DNA of 64,000 nt, taken from the IMG/VR virus record IMGVR_UViG_3300037222_000084, positions 1-64,000 of that record, one strand, 5' to 3'. Origin of the DNA: a virus. Within the stretch, counting starts at the first letter, position 1; each line of letters begins with the position of its first letter. The notes beneath the pieces are model-generated. The model was not told the DNA's origin. It ran no database searches and was given only the letters and a program-made list of their open reading frames with translations. The translations under genes were made by a program, and so were the position numbers. Shown one piece after another: positions 17,548-26,783 of the stretch.

Positions 17548-17732
17548 GATTCGTCGTACTGGCTATTGTTTGCGTCCTGCTTTACATCTTGCTTTTGGCT
17601 TCGCATGATCCCGTGGACTATCATCAGCCAGAGCCAGGTAAGAATGAGCATAAGTCGGGGAAAATTACGGATATGTCACCAAAAGAAGTTGACAAATTGA
17701 TTAACGAATTTCTAAAACCGGAGGCAAAATGA
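17544..17732 (+). CDS. small membrane-anchored protein
   Basis: GAGGAG RBS, N-terminal TM. Confidence 0.55.
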   Translation: MRFVVLAIVCVLLYILLLASHDPVDYHQPEPGKNEHKSGKITDMSPKEVDKLINEFLKPEAK

Positions 17733-17986
17733 TTACCGCGAGTGAAGCTAAGAACATCAGAAAAGCTATTGACAAGCCGTATACCGTAAATCAACATTGG
17801 TCATGTTGGGTAGTAGCAAAGATGTGCGGTGGCAAGGTGACACGCGATTACGCTAAATTTTTTGGACAGAGCCACAAGGCTAGATGGGATGGGCTATCTA
17901 GCCGCATTGACCGTTCTACAGAGGAACAAAACATGCAGAGAGAGCTAATGCTTGAACTGTTTGCCCACACAAGAGGCAAGTTATGA
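17729..17986 (+). CDS. hypothetical protein
   Basis: GGAGG RBS. Confidence 0.6.
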   Translation: MITASEAKNIRKAIDKPYTVNQHWSCWVVAKMCGGKVTRDYAKFFGQSHKARWDGLSSRIDRSTEEQNMQRELMLELFAHTRGKL

Positions 17987-18183
17987 GACGCAAAGACGCA
18001 GTTGAATTATTGAGAGTGATTCTCCAGGAATGGGACGGTAGCCTTATTGACACAAGGGCTGCTAGTAAAATTCTGAGCAAGATCCAGAAACAAATTGGTA
18101 TGTTGCCTCCTGATCGCTTGTCGCATTTGCCAGCGCCATGTGAGATAGCCTACGAGTGGGACACTAAAATACGGAGTAAGTAA
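17983..18183 (+). CDS. hypothetical protein
   Basis: ATGA overlap. Confidence 0.55.
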   Translation: MRRKDAVELLRVILQEWDGSLIDTRAASKILSKIQKQIGMLPPDRLSHLPAPCEIAYEWDTKIRSK

Positions 18184-19502
18184 TGGTACACGAACTTCTT
18201 GGTACAGCAGAAGGTCTGTGGAAATCCTACGCAGAAATGATGAAAGCTAATCCCGTGGTCGGTGGAGCGATGACGCTCTATGGTATGGGCATTGCTACTT
18301 ATTTCTTCAAAGATATACCCATGAGGGTACTTGGTTACGTTAAAGGCCAGTTCATGGTTGGCGTGCGTATCAACAACAACGATAACCTGTTCAACGCAAT
18401 TACGTATTGGTTAGAGGAACAAGAAAGAGTTTTCCGTTGTAAAAACTTCGCAGCCAAATTGAACTACGGGACCGACAAACACACGGTAGCCATATCCGTG
18501 GGTTATGGAAACCATATCTTTTTCTACAAACGCAGAATCTTTTATTTGAGTCGCATTGAAAAGGATGTGAACAATACAACGGATACTAAAGAATCGCTGT
18601 ACATCACTACGTATGGTTGGTCTCCTGAAAGTATCAGACGTTTCCTTCAAGACGTTATCCCACAACCCGTAGGGGACCAAAACACGCATGTCCACGACTT
18701 CACTAACTATTGGCAGCGCAGCGCAGAGAAGGCCAAGCGCAACCTTAGCTCTGTGGTATTGACTGACTCAAACGAAAAGAAACTGCGAGACCATATCACA
18801 CAATATCTTGGCGATAAGGCGTGGTATCGCCAGCACAAAATCCCGTGGAGAACTGGGATTGCCTTAGAAGGACCTCCTGGTACTGGAAAGACTACGTTGG
18901 CTCTCGCTTTGTGTGGAGAGTTTAACTCACATCTGTTCATAGCCAACTTATCGCTGATGAGCGACGATAAGCTATTAGAGATGTTCAAGCAGTTGCCGCC
19001 GAAGGCCATCATCCTGATCGAGGACATTGACTCGTATTCGGTTGCTACATCGCGTAAACGGAGAATGATTAAAAAGAAGAACAACCAGAAATCCTTAAGC
19101 GGTGCAACGCCTAGTGCTCCAGATTCTGACGATGAACAGCCAGACTCTAAAGACTTCTCGTTTGGTAGTCTGAGTGGTCTACTTAACGCTATTGACGGAA
19201 TTTGCTCTACTGAGGACCGTATCCTAATAGCTACGACCAATCATATCGAAAGGTTAGACCCAGCCCTTATCAGAGAAGGACGGTTCGAGCTTATTCTCAA
19301 AATTGATTATTTGGATGACGAGACTGGCAGAAAGATGTTCGCTAAGTTCTATCCAGACTTCAAGATGCCCAAGGACTTTAAGATGAGGCCAGAGATTAGT
19401 CCAGCGAAGTTCCAGACTATGGCCATGGGCAACAAGAGCGATCCGCAAATGCTATTCGATTTTTGTAATGAATTCAAACGTTTACCAGAGGCAACCAAAT
19501 GA
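18183..19502 (+). CDS. BCS1-like AAA+ ATPase
   Basis: N-terminal TM; WY..HKIPWRTG, GPPGTGKT, LIEDID, LSGLLNAIDG, TTNHIERLDPALIREGRFE. Confidence 0.85.
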   Translation: MVHELLGTAEGLWKSYAEMMKANPVVGGAMTLYGMGIATYFFKDIPMRVLGYVKGQFMVGVRINNNDNLFNAITYWLEEQERVFRCKNFAAKLNYGTDKHTVAISVGYGNHIFFYKRRIFYLSRIEKDVNNTTDTKESLYITTYGWSPESIRRFLQDVIPQPVGDQNTHVHDFTNYWQRSAEKAKRNLSSVVLTDSNEKKLRDHITQYLGDKAWYRQHKIPWRTGIALEGPPGTGKTTLALALCGEFNSHLFIANLSLMSDDKLLEMFKQLPPKAIILIEDIDSYSVATSRKRRMIKKKNNQKSLSGATPSAPDSDDEQPDSKDFSFGSLSGLLNAIDGICSTEDRILIATTNHIERLDPALIREGRFELILKIDYLDDETGRKMFAKFYPDFKMPKDFKMRPEISPAKFQTMAMGNKSDPQMLFDFCNEFKRLPEATK

Positions 19503-20311
19503 AGAACGACGAATTAGGCTCACGAATGAAAGACAATTATGAGGACCGCACGCGGTTCTCTGTGCCACGACGCACCTATACGGTGATTCGATTGGACGGC
19601 AAATCGTTCCATACCTATACAAAGGGCTTTCAGCGGCCCTATGACCTCGGTCTCATGCGGGTGATGGATAATACTGCTATCGCTCTCTGTGAATCCATAC
19701 CAGGCTGTAAACTGGCCTTCGTGCAATCAGATGAGATTAGCTTAATCATTACCGACTTTGATACTATTCAGACCGATGCGTGGTTTGGCGGTAACATACA
19801 GAAGATGGCCTCTGTATCAGCATCAATAGCTACTGCACACTTCAACAACGGCATGTACCTGGACGAAGAGATCCTAGCCAACATGGATAAGATCGCCTAC
19901 TTCGATAGTAGGGTGTTTACTATTCCTGATCGCATAGAGGTCTGCAATTATCTGATTTGGCGTCAACAAGATACAACGCGCAATAGCATTCAGATGGGCG
20001 CTCAGTCCATGTATAGCCAAAAGCAATTACATGGAAAGAAAACTAATGAGCTACAGGAGATGATGTTCCAGAAAGGCCAGAATTGGGACAAGTACCCAGT
20101 GGGCTTTAAACGTGGCAGAATAATCCTCAAAGAGAAAAGTGAAATTGTAGCTATTCACGGTGCAGGCGGTTCTGGGGGTGATGGACCAAGAACGACGATG
20201 GTTACTCGCACTAGTTGGGGAGTATTCGAGCCTCCTATATTTACACAAGAACAAGAGTATTTGAAGTCACGCATCCCACAGATAGGAGAGACAGATGGCA
20301 CAAAAGTTTAA
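19499..20311 (+). CDS. tRNA(His) guanylyltransferase Thg1-like protein
   Basis: IRLDGKSFH, VQSDEIS, FDSR, WRQQDTTRNSI. Confidence 0.9.
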   Translation: MKNDELGSRMKDNYEDRTRFSVPRRTYTVIRLDGKSFHTYTKGFQRPYDLGLMRVMDNTAIALCESIPGCKLAFVQSDEISLIITDFDTIQTDAWFGGNIQKMASVSASIATAHFNNGMYLDEEILANMDKIAYFDSRVFTIPDRIEVCNYLIWRQQDTTRNSIQMGAQSMYSQKQLHGKKTNELQEMMFQKGQNWDKYPVGFKRGRIILKEKSEIVAIHGAGGSGGDGPRTTMVTRTSWGVFEPPIFTQEQEYLKSRIPQIGETDGTKV

Positions 20312-20555
20312 GTACACAGTCAGAACCCGTGGTGGAGACCGTACACACGAGAGAGACGTTGTGTGTGAGGAACATCGAATAATTGAAGGTATTGTTTATT
20401 TTTTGAATAAAGGGAATACCTGGCATTATTGCTGTGCATTGTCAAGCCTGATTGACATGGAAAGTACAGGATACGTTGAGCCTGTCAAGGTTGAGAAGCC
20501 TGGGCAAGTGGAACACATAGAAACAGTTTTACCTAAGGAGCACTCAAATGTCTAA
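20295..20555 (+). CDS. hypothetical protein (paralog of next gene)
   Basis: Shared KY..R..GG, FL....W.Y.C....L.D.E. Confidence 0.6.
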   Translation: MAQKFKYTVRTRGGDRTHERDVVCEEHRIIEGIVYFLNKGNTWHYCCALSSLIDMESTGYVEPVKVEKPGQVEHIETVLPKEHSNV

Positions 20556-20793
20556 GCAAGAGTATAAGTATCACTTACGTTTCGTTGGCGGCTATGAAAA
20601 AGAAATTATCGCATGTGACGATGAGACCGACAAGGGAATGATTACCTTTCTAGACGAAGACGGCGGTTGGTTCTACAAATGCTCTATTAAGAATCTACTC
20701 GACATAGAGGTGGACGTATACCAAGAGGTTGTCAAAGACCCTGAGCATACCTCAAAACCTATCCAAGGCGTCATGCCAATAGAGCATTTATGA
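20548..20793 (+). CDS. hypothetical protein (paralog of previous gene)
   Basis: AAGGAG RBS; as above. Confidence 0.6.
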   Translation: MSKQEYKYHLRFVGGYEKEIIACDDETDKGMITFLDEDGGWFYKCSIKNLLDIEVDVYQEVVKDPEHTSKPIQGVMPIEHL

Positions 20794-21227
20794 AACCACG
20801 AGGATTCTTTGGCCTAGCCATGTTCCAGCCCAAGAATAAGTACAACTGGGGTTCGCTTATGCGTACTGCCAGTCTGCTTGAAGTGGACTTCATAGCCAGC
20901 ATTGGGCGACGGTTCCCACGGCAGACCAGCGACACGCGCAAGAGCTACCTACACTTGCCAGTCTTTGAGTACGAATCATTCCAAGACTTCTATGAGCACA
21001 TGCCCTACGGGTGCCAATTGGTAGGCGTTGAATTGGACGCAAGGGCCAAGGATCTCAAGGACTTCTCTCATCCTCAACGCGCTATCTACATATTGGGCGC
21101 AGAGGATACGGGCCTCTCAAAAGAGGTAATTGACAACTGTCAGCATTTGGTTAAACTTAAAGGTGAGCACTCCATGAATGTGTCATGCGCAGGCTCGATT
21201 GTTCTTTATCACAGGGTAGGCTTGTAA
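20790..21227 (+). CDS. SpoU/TrmH-family RNA methyltransferase
   Basis: NWGSLMRTA, ILGAEDTGLS, SMNVSCAGSIVLY. Confidence 0.88.
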   Translation: MKPRGFFGLAMFQPKNKYNWGSLMRTASLLEVDFIASIGRRFPRQTSDTRKSYLHLPVFEYESFQDFYEHMPYGCQLVGVELDARAKDLKDFSHPQRAIYILGAEDTGLSKEVIDNCQHLVKLKGEHSMNVSCAGSIVLYHRVGL

Positions 21228-21451
21228 TGGCAATTGAAGACGCGCAAGAAGCAAGGAGATTGGTTACTTCCTATAGACAGGAAGGGCTCGATGAGATCCT
21301 AGAGCAAGTTGAACGTGAAGCAGAAAAGGGTGAATGTGAGACTCGCTATTCCGTAGATAATCTCAACAACGTTGAGGCTGTAATGGCGGCTCTATGTGGC
21401 AAGGGATTTAAGGTAAGACGTAACGACGACTATTTAACAATTTACTGGTAA
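21227..21451 (+). CDS. hypothetical protein
   Basis: TAATG overlap. Confidence 0.55.
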   Translation: MAIEDAQEARRLVTSYRQEGLDEILEQVEREAEKGECETRYSVDNLNNVEAVMAALCGKGFKVRRNDDYLTIYW

Positions 21452-21460
21452 GAGGACACA

Positions 21461-21631
21461 ATGGCAACAGATGCAAAATCACTAGCTCAGACAGACAGAC
21501 TGAATCGTTTAACCGTATACGCCGCTGGACTGAAACAGCGCTTAGCAGGCCCAATGGACCCTGAGAAGAAAAACGTATTACAGATTGATCTTCGTAAGAC
21601 CGAAGCAATGATGGCAAAATTGAAGGGTTAG
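21461..21631 (+). CDS. hypothetical protein (56 aa, absent from ORF track)
   Basis: GAGGA RBS; MATDAKSL...AKLKG, TAG 21629-21631. Confidence 0.55.
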   Translation: MATDAKSLAQTDRLNRLTVYAAGLKQRLAGPMDPEKKNVLQIDLRKTEAMMAKLKG

Positions 21632-21632
21632 T

Positions 21633-21869
21633 ATGACAGACGGGATTGCCAAATTAGGCGTGGAGCTTGATGCTGCATTGGCTGATAGTAATTGGGAGCT
21701 AGCTCAGGCTACGCTCACCAAGATGTGGTTGGCCAGCCAGATCGAGTTTGCACGACGCATTGAACCTAGCTTGAAAGAACTAACCTATCTCAAGACTCCG
21801 GTAGAGACTGAGGACGGCGAGTATCTACTGTTGTTTATTCACACTAAGGGAAAGAAGATTCAACTATGA
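21633..21869 (+). CDS. hypothetical protein
   Basis: Packed ORF. Confidence 0.55.
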   Translation: MTDGIAKLGVELDAALADSNWELAQATLTKMWLASQIEFARRIEPSLKELTYLKTPVETEDGEYLLLFIHTKGKKIQL

Positions 21870-22337
21870 CTCTTCGTCTTTGTTGATGTAATCGAAATTG
21901 ACGAACCCTTCCTTGGGTAAGTCTTTTGGTATCTCGGGCACAGGTTCCGTCTTGGGTGCTTTCTTGTAACTGGCTTTCTTCATGTTGATTGGCTTACCAG
22001 CTTTTTGACGCTGGTTCTCTTCTGCTTCAATGTCGCCAATCCAAGACTGTAAATCTTTCTCTTTGTTCGATTCATAGTTAGGATCTTCTGCCATGTAGAT
22101 AGGTTCCATCAACTCTTCAAGGTTCTCATCCACGTTTACATCGCCAAAGCGTTCTTCCATCACATGGCCTATTACGAATTCAGGAGACATTTCAAGTACT
22201 TCGTCTAGTTTAGTGTGAAATTTTTTGGAATACTCACGGCACAGGCTGCGCCACAAACTCGCAGGTGTTGGCTTTAGCTTAAACGCTATCGCCTCTACCC
22301 TAGCTAGCTCAATGATCTCGCCTATGTGGATGTACAT
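21864..22337 (-). CDS. hypothetical protein, possible tail assembly chaperone partner
   Basis: Coupled (TAATG) to the upstream minus-strand gene. Confidence 0.55.
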   Translation of the reverse strand: MYIHIGEIIELARVEAIAFKLKPTPASLWRSLCREYSKKFHTKLDEVLEMSPEFVIGHVMEERFGDVNVDENLEELMEPIYMAEDPNYESNKEKDLQSWIGDIEAEENQRQKAGKPINMKKASYKKAPKTEPVPEIPKDLPKEGFVNFDYINKDEES

Positions 22338-22816
22338 TAGTCTCGTTCGCCGTTGAGTTCTGCCTCTTCTCGATTGGCAGCTATGATAGCATCATTGGCG
22401 GCTTTTGCACGTTCAATAGCGGCTTCCTTGCGATACTTGATCTCGTTCTTATATTTGACCTCTGCGTCAATAGCAGAGCCAAGGACTAAAGATACGATCT
22501 CTGGATCTGGTAGATCGCCTGACATGTTACCGTTAGGATTTGCCGATGCCCAGAATGGAGGCGATGATACGATGCGATACTTAAGCTGGGTTAAGGCGTA
22601 TGCAAGGAACTTCTCGTGGTCTGGAGCAAATGCAAAATTTTCACCAATGAGAGCGCGTTCCTCTCGACCAGCAGCAATTTGCTGTAATGGAGTTAGGAAA
22701 CAACGGAATACGAAAGTACCAAGGTAAGTACCTTTGATGTTTCCTACGGCTGAGATTTCCCATGTAGCTCTATCACCTTCAATTTTAATATCGTCTCGTT
22801 TGTCAGCTTCGTCCAT
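22337..22816 (-). CDS. possible tail assembly chaperone
   Basis: GAGGA RBS; Y.GTF.F...L...Q, L...IV..P.FW pattern; function inferred. Confidence 0.5.
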   Translation of the reverse strand: MDEADKRDDIKIEGDRATWEISAVGNIKGTYLGTFVFRCFLTPLQQIAAGREERALIGENFAFAPDHEKFLAYALTQLKYRIVSSPPFWASANPNGNMSGDLPDPEIVSLVLGSAIDAEVKYKNEIKYRKEAAIERAKAANDAIIAANREEAELNGERD

Positions 22817-23029
22817 TTTTCCTCTGAATTTTTTTCAAAATCTTGTAACTAAGTCATTGACTAAATCATCAACTCAGCCTAAAGGCTGTTTCCCCGATAA
22901 GCAAAGCGAAGCAGCACTTCGTGTATATCACATCTCAGTCAGTTTTAAAGCAGCGTTTTAGCAATTATTTTTAAGCTACATTTTTAACTACCCGTAATAT
23001 TTGGCTTAAACTATAAAATATTTATTTTC

Positions 23030-23056
23030 TTGCGTTAGCTTTGGCTTTGGTATAAT
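23030..23056 (+). promoter_or_regulatory. sigma70-like promoter
   Basis: TTGCGT...TGGTATAAT (extended -10) after AT-rich tract. Confidence 0.5.
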
Positions 23057-23074
23057 CTACAAACGAGGTGAAAA

Positions 23075-23347
23075 ATGTTCATACCACTAGAAAATCCGAT
23101 TGTATGTGGCTACAAATTATTGGACCTGACCACCCACTACGAACTGCACTGGCGTAAGGGTGTCTTTCGTGGCGATCTCAAAAAGATAACCACCTATGCT
23201 GTCCTTGAACTTGGCTTTGAGACTGATGAGATCGAGCTAGCCGTACTGGAAATGAACAAGCATTTTCACAACGGATCAGAGTTTGGTATGATGCGTCGAT
23301 TCATGTTTACTTTTGAGACCAACGAAACCAATATGAAACTGCACTAG
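23075..23347 (+). CDS. hypothetical protein
   Basis: GAGGTG RBS. Confidence 0.65.
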   Translation: MFIPLENPIVCGYKLLDLTTHYELHWRKGVFRGDLKKITTYAVLELGFETDEIELAVLEMNKHFHNGSEFGMMRRFMFTFETNETNMKLH

Positions 23348-23355
23348 GAGATATC

Positions 23356-23676
23356 GTGGAAGATTTTGACAAGGCTAGATGCATATTCTTAACGTTAATG
23401 GCGACCTTCATCGTCGCCATGCTTGTCTACTGCTTTTATCCGTTCAAGCCAGACTATATGGTTGGAGAATGTGGAGCTTTAAGACCACGAAGCGAGCCTT
23501 GGGAAACACGAGACCTGTACGTAGACAAGATTCTGGAAGTTGGCAATAAGCATTACCGGCTAGCTGCTTTGAATCATACTAACCTACAAGCTTATCCAGA
23601 AGTAGAAGAGATTAGGCTTTTCGATAGGATTTATAAGAAAGTTGAATGTCCACCCGAACTAAAGGAAGTAAAATGA
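23356..23676 (+). CDS. membrane-anchored hypothetical protein
   Basis: TAGGAG RBS, GTG start, TM segment. Confidence 0.6.
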   Translation: MEDFDKARCIFLTLMATFIVAMLVYCFYPFKPDYMVGECGALRPRSEPWETRDLYVDKILEVGNKHYRLAALNHTNLQAYPEVEEIRLFDRIYKKVECPPELKEVK

Positions 23677-24068
23677 AAAAGAAAGCATTAAAGAAACTAT
23701 CCCAAGCGTTACGATCTGGTCAATTTCAACAGTATCGCGGATCATGCTACAACACTAAGACTGGAGAATATTGCGTACTTGGTGTGGCCAACAGCGTATT
23801 CGGCGGATTGACTGGTAAAGAACAGTCGGAGCTATATAGCCTTAGCGAATATACGGTTAAGGCTGTTGGGTTCTCAGATGAAATGCCATATTTCTTGGGA
23901 GTTGCCTTGCATATCCTTAATGATGGCGACTACAACGGGAAAGACTGGCTGAATACCTCCGATAAAGAAATTGGAGCTTTGACTTTCGACGAATTGGCTG
24001 ATCTGATTGACATTGCTTTGTTAGATGGTCCTAAAAAGTATTTCCACAAAAAAGGTGCAACTCTATGA
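23673..24068 (+). CDS. hypothetical protein
   Basis: ALRSG.F.Q, YCVLGV, LND....TFDELADLI phage-type motifs. Confidence 0.65.
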   Translation: MKKKALKKLSQALRSGQFQQYRGSCYNTKTGEYCVLGVANSVFGGLTGKEQSELYSLSEYTVKAVGFSDEMPYFLGVALHILNDGDYNGKDWLNTSDKEIGALTFDELADLIDIALLDGPKKYFHKKGATL

Positions 24069-24358
24069 AATTCTTAATCATTACCCTTTTATTCTTGGCT
24101 GGCTGTGCTAAGTCCAACCCTACGACTACTTGCAGCATGAACTATAGCTGCTACAGCAGCAACATCGGTGGGTTCAATCTACTTTGCGTTGCGCAGTACG
24201 GCACGGGAACACGCTCTGGATCATTCACGGACCAAGACTCTGGCACTGCCGGTAACGAATGTGAAGCATGGGAGTTTGCGTTCATCAACTCATACGGATC
24301 TACTAGCTACCCATACGCGCATCCATCTGTAACTCAGTGTACTTGTTCTAGCAATTAG
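24065..24358 (+). CDS. Cys-rich lipoprotein
   Basis: MKFLIITLLFLAGC lipobox. Confidence 0.65.
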   Translation: MKFLIITLLFLAGCAKSNPTTTCSMNYSCYSSNIGGFNLLCVAQYGTGTRSGSFTDQDSGTAGNECEAWEFAFINSYGSTSYPYAHPSVTQCTCSSN

Positions 24359-24437
24359 ATTATGCTGGCGTCCAGGTCGATGGTAGACTGCGTAGAGTAC
24401 CTACAGGGGCACCTTAGCTACGCCACCAGGCCAGCAT

Positions 24438-24791
24438 TTAAGTTTTTGGATCTTGATAGTAGATTGGCAATTCGGGTAGCGGCACAGACTGACCACTCAT
24501 TGAATGGGTACAGTCTCCGCAGAAGTTCAATATGCCATTTGTTAAGATGTAATGACAAACGAAAGGTAGTGCCTTTCCGTTAGCGTCTAGTTTCCATTCC
24601 CCAGTCCACTGACCATTCTCATCGGTTATGGTTTGAACGCCTGAATGTTTGAAGCTTGGAGTGAATGTTGGCTTATTGAGGTCGCCGTTGAATGCCCATG
24701 TGTCTGGTAGAGAATGCGTCTCTTTACAGGCTGGACACCAATGCATGTAACCGTCTGTCTTCCTACGAAGGTAGGGACTGACTTGGCCCAT
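24438..24791 (-). CDS. DUF6527-like Cys/His protein
   Basis: WCPAC..H, WAFNGDLNKPTFTPS, CHYILTNG..FCGDCTH. Confidence 0.65.
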   Translation of the reverse strand: MGQVSPYLRRKTDGYMHWCPACKETHSLPDTWAFNGDLNKPTFTPSFKHSGVQTITDENGQWTGEWKLDANGKALPFVCHYILTNGILNFCGDCTHSMSGQSVPLPELPIYYQDPKT

Positions 24792-25114
24792 TAGGATTTC
24801 TTTTTATACCAATCATCAGCGACTGGCTTTTCTTGACTTGGCAAGTCATTCGACTGTTTTACTAAAGCGTCTGCTTGAGCATTGTCAGCGTTTTCCTGGG
24901 CTTGCAGGATGTTGCTAGCTGCGGTAGCCGCAGTGACTTCAGCCTTAGACTTAGCTGCCAACAGGCTAATCATTAAGCTAGAACCTTTAGCGATCAAAAC
25001 CAAAACACCAAAGATAAACAGGAAGATACGGTCGTTAGCCCACATGAATTTTAGGTCGGCCTGTAGACGAGCCCAGAACAGCGACAGTGCAGATTTTACA
25101 TCTTGTGCGTTCAT
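24791..25114 (-). CDS. membrane protein, possible lysis accessory
   Basis: Single TM plus coiled coil; co-transcribed with holin-like gene. Confidence 0.5.
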   Translation of the reverse strand: MNAQDVKSALSLFWARLQADLKFMWANDRIFLFIFGVLVLIAKGSSLMISLLAAKSKAEVTAATAASNILQAQENADNAQADALVKQSNDLPSQEKPVADDWYKKKS

Positions 25115-25488
25115 TACTTCTTACCTACCATTTTGGTCAAAAGATCAATCAATCCAGAGTGTTGCTGTCTCAACTCATCGCGCAGGTTCTCGATTTTATC
25201 GCCTAAGTTCTTGATTTCACTAGTATAAGTAGCTTTTAAATGATCCATGTCTTTATTCACTGAGACTTCTAAGCTATTGATTTTAACAGACAAAGCTTCG
25301 ATTTTAGCTTCTAGCTTGGCTTTGATGACCGCATCGTCTTCCTTAGCTGCCTGAATGACTTTGGCGGCATATTCATCACGTTCCTTCCTAAAGTTCTTAA
25401 AAACCTTTTGAAGCGTAACTACAAGCGTGGCTATGCCAATCGCTAATCCAAGGGCACCATAATACTGAGCTTCGCCAAATTCCATCAT
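25114..25488 (-). CDS. holin-like membrane protein
   Basis: N-terminal TM, long coiled coil; late-type motif 4 nt upstream. Confidence 0.5.
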   Translation of the reverse strand: MMEFGEAQYYGALGLAIGIATLVVTLQKVFKNFRKERDEYAAKVIQAAKEDDAVIKAKLEAKIEALSVKINSLEVSVNKDMDHLKATYTSEIKNLGDKIENLRDELRQQHSGLIDLLTKMVGKK

Positions 25489-25502
25489 AGTTTAAAGATT
25501 GT

Positions 25503-25530
25503 TTGACTTCGTGGAAACATGTGCTATAGT
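25503..25530 (+). promoter_or_regulatory. sigma70-like promoter for tRNA-like gene
   Basis: TTGACT-16-TATAGT with TG extension. Confidence 0.55.
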
Positions 25531-25539
25531 CACTGGTAT

Positions 25540-25621
25540 GGCCCCTGTAGCTCAGTTGGTAAGAGCGAACCCCATAGTGGGTGGTAAGAAGTGCGTGGGT
25601 TCAAATCCCATCAGAAGGCCA
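25540..25621 (+). tRNA. degenerate tRNA / tRNA-like element (anticodon ambiguous)
   Basis: Intact D arm TAGCTCAGTTGGTAAGAGC, T arm GTGGGTTCAAATCCCAT and 3' CCA; mismatched acceptor stem and irregular anticodon arm. Confidence 0.6.
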
Positions 25622-25634
25622 TTTAAGGAGACGT

Positions 25635-25928
25635 ATGCGTCAAAAACTTGCTGATTTCTTCAATGCTTTCTTGGACTTACAGAAAGCCCTCATCATGTTG
25701 CTTCTAATAATCATTGGGGTGACTTTCAGGGTGCTTAATCTGATCTCCGGTAGCGACATGGTTGACCTGCTTAAGAACACCGTGATAGCCTTCTTTGCGG
25801 TCCATGCTACGCAGCATATCGTGTCCACAGTCAACTCCTATTACAACAATAAGAATGCGCCAGACGACCCGCCAGACGATCCTAGTGACCCATCTACGCC
25901 TCCGCCGCCACCTGGAGTTAAGCTGTGA
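25635..25928 (+). CDS. membrane protein with Pro/Asp-rich tail
   Basis: AAGGAG RBS, two hydrophobic segments. Confidence 0.65.
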   Translation: MRQKLADFFNAFLDLQKALIMLLLIIIGVTFRVLNLISGSDMVDLLKNTVIAFFAVHATQHIVSTVNSYYNNKNAPDDPPDDPSDPSTPPPPPGVKL

Positions 25929-26101
25929 GCTGGAAGAAGCCTAAATGGGAAAAACCTAGAGTATTTGTGAATAGAAAAACAGGTGAGCTTATCGTAGCCC
26001 GTTACATGGTGTCAGTAGGTTGGTGGGGAGAAGTCTTGGGAAAAATTGAAATCTATTCAGGAATAGATGAAACGCAACACGTAGATTGTGGTGAATTATG
26101 A
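25925..26101 (+). CDS. hypothetical protein (58 aa, absent from ORF track)
   Basis: GTGA overlap, GGAG upstream, fills the gap exactly. Confidence 0.5.
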   Translation: MSWKKPKWEKPRVFVNRKTGELIVARYMVSVGWWGEVLGKIEIYSGIDETQHVDCGEL

Positions 26102-26391
26102 GCCCAAACAAAGGCCTACTCAAATTTGCGATTGCGCTATGTCTCATCTTTGCACTCAGCAGGTTGGTTGAATTCATATACATTCATATCCCACCGCACA
26201 AGGTAGGAGAGTGTTTCGTAATACCTGGCGTTACCGGATTGACAGCCAAGATAATCCATAACTTTCCGATAGATGGATTCTCCGACGTAGAAATGACCTT
26301 CACATACAGACAATCCACGATAACCGATACTGCATTGGCCACGTTTACAGAACAGCGCCAAGACTTTGGAGAGAAAACCACATGTCTATAG
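26098..26391 (+). CDS. membrane-anchored hypothetical protein
   Basis: TM followed by KVGEC, resembling 23356..23676. Confidence 0.55.
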   Translation: MSPNKGLLKFAIALCLIFALSRLVEFIYIHIPPHKVGECFVIPGVTGLTAKIIHNFPIDGFSDVEMTFTYRQSTITDTALATFTEQRQDFGEKTTCL

Positions 26392-26783
26392 CCAAAATCG
26401 TTTCTTTAGTTGCCGCGTTAGCCATGTTCTCGAATACTGCATTTGCTGGCTGTGATTGGTCTACGATTGTAGCCAATTCAGATGGTACATATACCTATTC
26501 AAAGACCTTGAATTTATGTGTGGGAAATTTAGTGCAAGACAACGCTACCAAGGCTCAGCAGGTTAGCGATCTGAATAAGGCGATCACTTTGAAGGACGCT
26601 GCTATTACCAAGTCGGACGCCAGGGCTCAACTTTGGCAGGACACTAGCTTAAAGTTAGAATCTAATATTCAGTCGATTGATTCTTATAAGAGCACAAGCA
26701 ATTGGGCATACTTTGCCCTTGGTGCATTGACGATCATTGGTGCAGGCGTAGCCGCAGCGCAAGTACACAGCTTAGGACGCTAG
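26382..26783 (+). CDS. secreted/membrane coiled-coil protein (spanin-like topology)
   Basis: Signal peptide, coiled coil, C-terminal TM. Confidence 0.55.
   Translation: MSIAKIVSLVAALAMFSNTAFAGCDWSTIVANSDGTYTYSKTLNLCVGNLVQDNATKAQQVSDLNKAITLKDAAITKSDARAQLWQDTSLKLESNIQSIDSYKSTSNWAYFALGALTIIGAGVAAAQVHSLGR

Noticed and set aside
21864-22816. Tail-chaperone-type programmed frameshift
   Set aside because: Genes are joined by a simple TAATG overlap and I saw no slippery heptamer
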